Virus record (IMG/VR): IMGVR_UViG_2571042902_000002
Location: 62,001-87,398 of that record
Source: an uncultured virus (IMG/VR IMGVR_UViG_2571042902_000002)
Taxonomy: Duplodnaviria; Heunggongvirae; Uroviricota; Caudoviricetes
DNA: 25,398 bases
Strand: one strand, 5' to 3'
The first letter of the stretch is position 1. Every line of letters starts with the position of its first letter. A model generated the notes under the pieces. The model had not been told where the DNA came from, made no database searches, and saw only the letters and a list, made by a program, of their open reading frames with translations. Shown piece after piece: positions 18,539 through 25,398 of this stretch. Position numbers and translations under genes: made by a program.

Positions 18539-20764
18539 ATGACGACCTACGCCACCGGTAACTCGCTGGGCTCCAAAGACCCGCGTGATCTGTACGACAA
18601 CGCCGAGAACTTCGACGCGGCGATGAACGACCGGGTAAATACCACGTGGAATGATCGTTTCGGCGTTAGTCGCCCAACGATGAAAGGGTATGAGGAACAG
18701 TTCAATGATTGGCTGGACGCCCAAGGCTTCGAGCCCGGAGTCCTTGAGTACGTCGACGGCTCACCGCTGACCGTAGACCGCCCGACCCAACTGATCCAGC
18801 GCGGGGACAACATCTACAGCGTCAAGCGCCCGGCATCGTTCCCCGTCAATCTGACCGGGAACTGGGCGACGGACCAGAACCTCCTGGTTGCGCAGGTTGA
18901 CCGGACGCTGCAAGACACCCTGGCTACCAGCGCTGGCGCAGGGATGATCGGCTATCGCGAGCGCACCGTAGCCGACCGCCTCAACGATACTGCGAACGTA
19001 AAGGACTACGGAGCAATCGCAGATGGGGCTTACCACCCGCTGTCAGAGCGGTTCGCAACACTCGCGGATGCGCAAGTGGTTTACCCATTCGTGACAAGTC
19101 TTTCTCAGTCGATTGACTGGGCGGCGGCACAAGCTGCATTGAATGCCGGGACGCCTCGCGTGCATTTCCCTGGTTACCGGTATGTTCTGAACGAAGATCT
19201 TTCCCGCACCACCAGCGTCATACTGGCTGGCGACGGCACCACTTCGCTGGAGTTCACCGCAGGCAGTCGCCTGACAATTGAGGGCAGCATTACCGCCCTG
19301 CCTGCGCTTTCCGCCAACATCACACCGACCAGTCGCAGTATTACATTCGCGATGCCTCCGAGTCTGGCTGCTGGTGACGTTTTTCTGGCATTCAATCCCT
19401 CCGACTACAGTTGGTCTCAACATCGCAACTACTATCGTGCAGGGGAGTTTTTCCGCGCGCACTCTATCAGTGGTAGCACCGTGAATATCTACGGATTGCC
19501 AACAGACACGTATGGTGTTTCTGATGTGCAGATGCATAAGATCAACGGCGTTCGTGTTTCGCTTGAAGATATCACCATCAAGGCTGATCCCAGCGCTATT
19601 GGGGCGCCCGTCGTTGTTCGTTTCGGCGTAGGCGTTACGGCACATAACTTCAGAGGGTCTGGTGGTTCTTCTTACCAGATAGAGTTCGACCGCTGCTATC
19701 AAGTTGATTTCTTTGGCGGCGCCGCACTGAATAACTCTGCATACGTCGATGACGAATATGGAATCCTTATCAGTAACTGCCAGCGCGTAACGATTGTTGG
19801 AGGGGGGCACTCGGCCACTCGCCACGCCATTGCGCTTGGCGGAGGATCAGGTACTGGATCTGTGCCGTGTCGAGACATTTTCATTTCGAACATGAGGCTG
19901 GACACGTCAGCCGCCGATTCGCCAGCCGCGGACATGCACGGCAACTGCGATAGAGTAACCTATTCGAACTGTTCTATATCGCACGCGAATATGCAGGGGC
20001 GCGACGTCAAGTATATTGGCTGCACAATTTATCAAAGGACTAGCGCGGCAGACGGCCTAGTAATCTACGGATCCGAAATCGTCGGAGGAACCTATGAGAT
20101 AATCGATTGTACCCTGGTAACCGCGGGCGACCTGTCGACCTTTGGTGCCATAAATCTTTCAGCTATCAAGACACTTAAGCAGGCGTGGAGCGTAATTGTC
20201 AGAGGATTGACGGTTAAAGGTGGGGCCGGCGGAGTTGGTGCCGGGATTGTGACTATAAGCGTGGCTGAAGGGGAATCTCTTCCGACCGACGTTGATATCC
20301 GGGGCGTCAGGTGCGAGCTATCTGCCGTTCGGCAAGTCCTTTTCATTCGATGCAATGCAAACACTTCGCAAACCGTTGTGAGCAACGGCCATATCGTGGA
20401 TGATGTTTATGGTCCCGCAAATATGTACTTGATATATCCAACTGGCGCAGCATTAACCGGCATCCCGACTCGTCAGATGGAGCAGAGCGGGGAAGTGACA
20501 GTGACCACTAACGGAACTGCAACAGCTCTTCCTGCCACCAATATCAGCTTCAGATATCGCTATTCCAAGAAACCAATGGCTGCGGCTTGCGCATCAGGTG
20601 TCGGTGGGGCGGCTTTCTCCACTCTTGGCGGGCAGAGTCCTGTGCCAATTGTGTACGCTGTTGCCGAAGCGTCTATCCGCCCAGGGCTGGTTGCTGCAAC
20701 CTCTTCGTTCACGTCTGGAGCGCAGGCGGTCGTAGGGTGGCGGGCAGGAATCAAGGAGATATAG
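18539..20764 (+). CDS. Tailspike/receptor-binding protein with right-handed beta-helix (probable polysaccharide depolymerase)
   Basis: ATG at 18539 (SD GGAG); N-terminal anchor GS.DPRDLYDNAENFD; TVADRLND..NVKDYGAIADG motif typical of beta-helix starts; repeats such as YGILISNCQRVTIVGG and CRDIFISN. Confidence 0.85.
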   Translation: MTTYATGNSLGSKDPRDLYDNAENFDAAMNDRVNTTWNDRFGVSRPTMKGYEEQFNDWLDAQGFEPGVLEYVDGSPLTVDRPTQLIQRGDNIYSVKRPASFPVNLTGNWATDQNLLVAQVDRTLQDTLATSAGAGMIGYRERTVADRLNDTANVKDYGAIADGAYHPLSERFATLADAQVVYPFVTSLSQSIDWAAAQAALNAGTPRVHFPGYRYVLNEDLSRTTSVILAGDGTTSLEFTAGSRLTIEGSITALPALSANITPTSRSITFAMPPSLAAGDVFLAFNPSDYSWSQHRNYYRAGEFFRAHSISGSTVNIYGLPTDTYGVSDVQMHKINGVRVSLEDITIKADPSAIGAPVVVRFGVGVTAHNFRGSGGSSYQIEFDRCYQVDFFGGAALNNSAYVDDEYGILISNCQRVTIVGGGHSATRHAIALGGGSGTGSVPCRDIFISNMRLDTSAADSPAADMHGNCDRVTYSNCSISHANMQGRDVKYIGCTIYQRTSAADGLVIYGSEIVGGTYEIIDCTLVTAGDLSTFGAINLSAIKTLKQAWSVIVRGLTVKGGAGGVGAGIVTISVAEGESLPTDVDIRGVRCELSAVRQVLFIRCNANTSQTVVSNGHIVDDVYGPANMYLIYPTGAALTGIPTRQMEQSGEVTVTTNGTATALPATNISFRYRYSKKPMAAACASGVGGAAFSTLGGQSPVPIVYAVAEASIRPGLVAATSSFTSGAQAVVGWRAGIKEI

Positions 20765-20808
20765 ATTTTCGTCAGATCGGATTGGGATATTCCATGGTGG
20801 CGCCATTG

Positions 20809-20837
20809 AATGCCTCTGGATTTCGGCCAGAGGCATT
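20809..20837. terminator. Hairpin between convergent genes (possible bidirectional terminator)
   Basis: Perfect 11-bp stem AATGCCTCTGG-ATTTCGG-CCAGAGGCATT; no strong T tract on either side. Confidence 0.55.
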
Positions 20838-20881
20838 GATTAAAGTTTTCGCTGCTCCAGATTGGGAGCAGCATGACCGGG

Positions 20882-21900
20882 CTACTGGGTTTTCCCTTCT
20901 GCATAACCCTGCCACTTCTCAGCGCGGTCACTCAGGAATTTATCTCCGGTGACTGAGCTTAGTGCTCTGAGTTGTGCAATATGGATCGCATGGTAGCGTG
21001 GCGCGATATGCGGCGCTCGAGGTTGAAGATACGGAAGGCGAGAGTGCGTTATATAGCTTAGGTCATACGCGGAAAATGTCCCAAGGTCGTAATATGGGAG
21101 AATTTTTTCTAGTGTTTCGATACCGTCCTTGAATAGCTTATTGGCCTCAGCCGAGTTCGTTTCGGCTGCCCAGTCGTACAACCCGAGGAGAGTAAACATG
21201 TAGCCGTTCAGAGTGAAGACGTTCGGCTCTACCGGATATTCAAGGAAAAAACGCGGCCTGACAACGATTGGTCAAGGTCTTTAAGTGTTGACTTTGGGCC
21301 GTATGGGTATGGAGTCTGTAGGAACTTCAGAACCTTATTGCCAGCGTCCAGCCATTTCTTGTCCTTGTCAATCGCATAGGCTCTGGCGAAGACGCTTAGG
21401 GCCATGCCTTGATCCATGCCGGAAGTCCAGCCTACCGCCAGTGCTTGGGTAGAGGTGTAGTGTCGGTATGGGTATGCATAGCGCAAGGCGCCGTCATCAC
21501 CCATTAGTGACAATAGTTTCTCCGCGAGAATGAAGAACTTTTTGGTTTCGTGACTTTCAGTAGATCGTCCATGTTCAGCCAGTGCAGCAATAGCTACCGT
21601 GCCAGCAGAGTAGTTGAACTTCCCGCCCTGGAAAACCATAGGAATTCCTTGATCGTCAAGCTTCAGGGTTTTGCTTGGACGATGGAAAACGGTCTTCCCG
21701 TAATTTAGATAATCTCCTGTCGAAGAATAGATCTGTGATCGATGATCTGCGTTCAGGCCCTGTTTTCGATACTGATATGCGTTTGAGAGGCCTAAGTTTT
21801 TCTGCTCTTGCGTAGGGCTGTGTGTTGGCCAGCTTTCTTTACTGAAGTCGCAGGAAGATAGTGCTAAGGCACCCATTGTAATTGCTACAATTCGCTTCAT
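20882..21900 (-). pseudogene. D-glucuronyl C5-epimerase-family lipoprotein, split by a 1-nt frameshift (or a sequencing error)
   Basis: ORFs 21229-21900 and 20882-21199 join into one 339-aa frame if A6 at 21246-21251 were A7. Motifs WTSGMDQGMALSVFARAY, LEYP, FTLNGYMFTLLGLYD, SAYDL and YHAIHIAQL; N-terminal lipobox LSSC. Confidence 0.85.
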
Positions 21901-22958
21901 TACTTTGATTCCATTATTCCGGCTGTCTCGCTCGAAACGTCTTTCCGCCAGGAGTACCGATTCTTAAGACGCATTATTGGTTTTTCGAAGAATACGTAGC
22001 TCAGCGGCGCTACGATGAATGTTAGCCACACGCCAATGTCAACCGGAGGAGGGAATGTTCCTCCTGAGCGATATGGTCCGTTTCCTGTAAATATTCCCTG
22101 CCAGACGTATAGTCCGTAACTGATAACGCCAAGAACGGCAAGTGGCTTGAACTCCAAGGCTTTTACCAGCATAGATTCTTGATTGTGGAAGATATAAAGG
22201 ACAAGCATGCAGACGGAAAACAGCCAGATTACGTCCGAATTAATGAAGGCTGGAGTCGCTACGCCAAACACTATGGATACCAGTAAGATGCTAGATGATG
22301 TCTTGTCTTTCGCTACGGCCACAATCGATGGGATAGTGCAGATAAATGCGAGTATGCAGCCTGCCAAGATCGGCAGCATCGCTGGGAATGTCCAGCGATT
22401 CATATAATAATTCTGGTTGTCCGGATAAAGTGAAGTCCCAATGATCACGCATGCAATCGCTACAGCACCCGCCATAAGCATGGCGACTCTCTTGCCAAGG
22501 CAGAAGATGATTGGCCAGAATAGATAGAAATGTTCTTCTACAGATAACGACCAAAAGTGCGACATTGCTGAGTATGCGCACTCTTTGGGGTAGAAATTTA
22601 TTGTATATGTTAGAGCGTATACGAAAGAGCAGTTAGGGATGTTCGCTCTTCCGGTATAATTCATATACATTAGAAAAAATATTGCAAGGTAATATAATGG
22701 GAATATTCTAAGTGCTCTTCTTTTTATGAATGAAATTATATCTATCTTGCCCGTTGCTTCTTTCTCTTTTATTAGTAGGTAAGTGATTAGGAAGCCCGAT
22801 AAAACAAAAAATATATTAACTCCAGTTTGTGCGCTAAGAGCGGAACGAACTGCTCCGCTAGTGATGCCTAATGCTTGCCATGCCTCCGCATGAGACATAA
22901 TTACAAATAGGACTGAAATGGCTCTGAGCCCGTCAAGTCCCTTGATCTTACCGGCCAT
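21900..22958 (-). CDS. Acyltransferase-3 family membrane protein (OafA/Oac-like O-acetyltransferase, no SGNH domain)
   Basis: GLDGLRAISV..V..SH, GVNIFFVLSGFLI, RRALRIFPLY, HFWSLSVEEHFY and LG.ISYGLYVWQ motifs; many TM segments; SD GAGG at 22968-22965. Confidence 0.93.
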   Translation of the reverse strand: MAGKIKGLDGLRAISVLFVIMSHAEAWQALGITSGAVRSALSAQTGVNIFFVLSGFLITYLLIKEKEATGKIDIISFIKRRALRIFPLYYLAIFFLMYMNYTGRANIPNCSFVYALTYTINFYPKECAYSAMSHFWSLSVEEHFYLFWPIIFCLGKRVAMLMAGAVAIACVIIGTSLYPDNQNYYMNRWTFPAMLPILAGCILAFICTIPSIVAVAKDKTSSSILLVSIVFGVATPAFINSDVIWLFSVCMLVLYIFHNQESMLVKALEFKPLAVLGVISYGLYVWQGIFTGNGPYRSGGTFPPPVDIGVWLTFIVAPLSYVFFEKPIMRLKNRYSWRKDVSSETAGIMESK

Positions 22959-23012
22959 CTCTTACCTCGCGATGCTGAAAGCGGCGGAATTCTACCTGAA
23001 ATGAGGTTGTCT

Positions 23013-23642
23013 ATGCCCATCACTGAGCAGCAACTGCTGCATATCCTCCCGAACGCCGGCCCTCGAGCCGGCGTTTTTGTTGGTGCGCTGAACCGCGGGA
23101 TGACGCGCTTCGGTATCACGTCGCCTGTGCGCGCGGCGGCGTTCCTCGCCCAGGTCGGCCACGAAAGCGGCCAGTTGACCCGGCTGGTGGAGAACCTCAA
23201 TTACAGCGCCCAAGGCTTGGCGGCGACCTGGCCGAGCCGATACCTCGGCGCCGACGGCCAGCCCAACGCCCTGGCGCAGCGCCTGGCGCGCAACCCCCGA
23301 GCCATCGCCAACAACGCCTACGCCTCGCGCAACGGCAATGGCGACGAGGCGTCCGGCGACGGCTGGCGGTACCGCGGGCGCGGGCTGCTACAGATCACCG
23401 GCCGGGCGAACTACCGCGCCGCCGGCGACGGGCTGGGCCAGCCGCTGGAGCAGGAACCCGAGCTTCTCGAGCAACCGGAGTGGGCGGCGATCTCGGCGGC
23501 CTGGTGGTGGGCCAGTCACGGCTTGAACGAGCTGGCCGACCGCGGCGAGTTCGCCGCCATCACTCGGCGCATCAACGGCGGCACGAACGGCCAGGCGGAG
23601 CGCCTGGCGCTGTGGGAGCGGGCGAAGAGGGTGCTGTCGTGA
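23013..23642 (+). CDS. Endolysin, glycoside hydrolase family 19
   Basis: AAFLAQVGHES, ENLNYS, YRGRGLLQITGRANY and TRRINGG motifs; ATG at 23013 with GAGG at 23003-23006. Confidence 0.95.
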   Translation: MPITEQQLLHILPNAGPRAGVFVGALNRGMTRFGITSPVRAAAFLAQVGHESGQLTRLVENLNYSAQGLAATWPSRYLGADGQPNALAQRLARNPRAIANNAYASRNGNGDEASGDGWRYRGRGLLQITGRANYRAAGDGLGQPLEQEPELLEQPEWAAISAAWWWASHGLNELADRGEFAAITRRINGGTNGQAERLALWERAKRVLS

Positions 23643-24007
23643 TCTCCGCCCGTGCTTTATCGGTCGCGCTGGCCTGCCTGCTACTGCTTGGCCTCGGCGC
23701 CGCCGGCGGTGTCTGGCTCAGCGCACGGCACTACCGGCCGCAGTTGGATGCCGCGAGCGCGGATCTGGCTGCCTGCCGTTCCGCTCGTGGGAGCCTGGAG
23801 GCCGCAGTAGTGGAGCAGGGCGGGCAGATTGCCGCGCTGCGTCAGGCTGGTGAGCATCGCGCCCGGGATGTCGCGCAGGCTGTGGATCGGGGACGGCAGC
23901 AGGCCGCGGAGCAGTATGCCGGAGCCCAACGCCTGCTGAGTCAGCGAACCGCCGGTGAGCAGTGTGCGGCCGCCGAGGCGGTCATCGATCAGGAGCTGGG
24001 TCTATGA
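23639..24007 (+). CDS. Inner-membrane spanin (Rz-like)
   Basis: GTGA overlap with the endolysin; one N-terminal TM helix followed by an Ala/Gln/Arg coiled coil with two Cys. Confidence 0.8.
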   Translation: MISARALSVALACLLLLGLGAAGGVWLSARHYRPQLDAASADLAACRSARGSLEAAVVEQGGQIAALRQAGEHRARDVAQAVDRGRQQAAEQYAGAQRLLSQRTAGEQCAAAEAVIDQELGL

Positions 24008-24264
24008 GGGTGGTGCTGATGCTGATGATTGTCGCGCTGGTGGGATGCGCCGGCCGGCAGGAAGCCGAGCCGCGCACGGTGCGCGTAGAAGTGCCCATTG
24101 CTGTGCCGTGCCGAGCGCCCGCGGTCGAGGTGCCGGCCTGGGCCGCGGCTGGGCTGCGGAAGGGCGACGATCTCCAGACCAAGGTCCGCGCGCTGCTGGC
24201 CGAGCGGCGGCAGCGGATCGGGTATGAGGCCCAACTGCTGGCTGCCAACAGAGCATGCCAGTAG
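24004..24264 (+). CDS. Outer-membrane spanin lipoprotein (Rz1-like)
   Basis: MRVVLMLMIVALVGC lipobox, Pro-rich VEVPIAVPC, terminal Cys; ATGA overlap; SD AGGAG. Confidence 0.85.
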   Translation: MRVVLMLMIVALVGCAGRQEAEPRTVRVEVPIAVPCRAPAVEVPAWAAAGLRKGDDLQTKVRALLAERRQRIGYEAQLLAANRACQ

Positions 24265-24299
24265 GAGTAGACTACGGCCTTTTCCTACGGAGCAGAGCG

Positions 24300-24563
24300 A
24301 TGCTGGTCATTCGATTCAAGGGCTGGTCGGTGAAACTCGACCACCAGGTGGGTGGAGCAGGGAAGTTTGGCATCTGGTCATTCCACGGCTCGGAGAGCAG
24401 CTACGTCCCAGACATGCAGACGATTCTCCGGCATGCAGCGATCCGGCCGGCGGAGCCGAAGGAAAGCGGCGAAGTCGAGGTATTCATCTGCGACGCGCGC
24501 ATGCCGCAGAATGAGTGGCGTGCCATAGGGACGGGCGTTGCTGCCTATGAGGCGGAGCGCTGA
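24300..24563 (+). CDS. Hypothetical protein (87 aa)
   Basis: ATG at 24300 with GGAG upstream; globular-looking, Trp-containing sequence. Confidence 0.65.
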   Translation: MLVIRFKGWSVKLDHQVGGAGKFGIWSFHGSESSYVPDMQTILRHAAIRPAEPKESGEVEVFICDARMPQNEWRAIGTGVAAYEAER

Positions 24564-24667
24564 GTCTAACTCCGTCTGGGCGTGGATGTTGAGAGCTAGC
24601 TGTTTTGCTAGTGGTTGCGGTGTTGTTGGCTACCGAAACTGCGCGCTCGAAGCACGGAAGGAACGCC

Positions 24668-25156
24668 ATGGATATCGAACGGACGCATATTCACAGCCAG
24701 CACGGCATCAACTTCAGCTTGGCGATCATTCGCCTCGCATGGGCGGAGCGCAGCCGGCTGCTTCACATGAAGTACTGTCCGTCAGTGAAAGCCAGTCACG
24801 CGACTGCTGATCTTGCGGTTGAGGTTTTCGACCGGATGCAGGCAAAGGACCGACCTTGCATACTGAGGGTTTTTGTCTCGCTGCCCCTGACCCGAGCTCA
24901 GGCTGACTCTCTGAACCAGCAGCGTGTCACCGTTGCTGGCATGGTCGGTATGCTTGCGGGTGTAGCCGGTAAACGCATCAACACTTTTGTTGGAGTTGGC
25001 AGCGGCCTTGCAGTTCGTTGGGCGACCCAAGAGAGTCTGCCGACTTACCACTCCGGTGATGTCGTAATCAGCGTTGAAGGGGAGGTGTCCGGCGGGATCG
25101 GGCCCCAGCATTCTGTCAAGTCGGAGATCGTCCAGAGTGCTGGAGAACCTGCATGA
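24668..25156 (+). CDS. Hypothetical protein (162 aa) with Gly-rich hydrophobic segment
   Basis: ATG at 24668 with AAGGA upstream; ATGA overlap with the next gene. Confidence 0.6.
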   Translation: MDIERTHIHSQHGINFSLAIIRLAWAERSRLLHMKYCPSVKASHATADLAVEVFDRMQAKDRPCILRVFVSLPLTRAQADSLNQQRVTVAGMVGMLAGVAGKRINTFVGVGSGLAVRWATQESLPTYHSGDVVISVEGEVSGGIGPQHSVKSEIVQSAGEPA

Positions 25157-25398
25157 ATGATGTCATCCAGTTCGCCATCTGGACTGTAGTCATTGTTGCG
25201 GTCGGTCACCTAGTGCGCAACAGGGAGGTCCGGAAGTGGCTTGGAATCGCTGTGTTTGTTGCGGCTTGGGTGCTTATTCTTCGCTTCTCCTCGGTCAAGT
25301 TGGCAGGCTTTGGTCTTGACATCTTGGGGATTTGCCTTGGCATCCTCGGGGTTGACCTTTTTTTTCGACGGGACAAGTTCTCAAAAGCAGATGAATGA
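25153..25398 (+). CDS. Small membrane protein (81 aa, about 3 TM)
   Basis: Three hydrophobic segments separated by basic residues; SD GGAG at 25142-25145; stop TGA at the window end. Confidence 0.7.
   Translation: MNDVIQFAIWTVVIVAVGHLVRNREVRKWLGIAVFVAAWVLILRFSSVKLAGFGLDILGICLGILGVDLFFRRDKFSKADE

Larger units (their letters stand above)
1..25398 (+). mobile_element. Phage/prophage late region (siphovirus-type head, tail and lysis modules with accessory genes)
   Basis: Continuous, canonical order of terminase, portal, capsid, tail, tape measure, tail tip, tailspike, endolysin and spanins. No sheath gene, integrase or att site is visible in the window. Confidence 0.97.

Noticed and set aside
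21244..21253. Canonical -1 ribosomal frameshift explaining the split epimerase
   Set aside because: In-frame GTT TTT TCC does not fit X XXY YYZ, so a DNA-level indel or sequencing error is more plausible.
18539..22958. Diversity-generating retroelement or invertible tail-fibre system
   Set aside because: No reverse transcriptase, invertase, template/variable repeat pair or flanking inverted repeats were seen.
1..25398. CRISPR array, IS element, intron or intein
   Set aside because: No spaced direct repeats or transposase; terL and capsid are of normal size and uninterrupted.

Overview
The window is the late (morphogenesis and lysis) region of a temperate siphovirus-type phage or prophage. 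The high-GC codon style and the pyocin-like lysis genes suggest a Pseudomonas (probably P. aeruginosa) host, which is an inference. On the + strand the order is: a structured leader with terminator, two holin-like genes, terS, terL, portal, head morphogenesis protein, protease/scaffold, decoration protein, major capsid, head-tail joining genes, Ig-domain tail tube, tail chaperone, tape measure, tail-tip genes and a beta-helix tailspike. A GH19 endolysin, two spanins and three unknown genes follow. Between the tailspike and the endolysin is an AT-rich, minus-strand, translationally coupled two-gene cassette: an acyltransferase-3 (O-acetylase-like) gene and a lipoprotein carrying D-glucuronyl C5-epimerase motifs. 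The epimerase is split by a 1-nt frameshift in an A6 run (21246-21251). This cassette is the best candidate for an undescribed system: a phage-borne polysaccharide (probably O-antigen) acetylation plus uronic-acid C5-epimerisation serotype-conversion module. All family calls come from motif recognition by eye; no searches were run.
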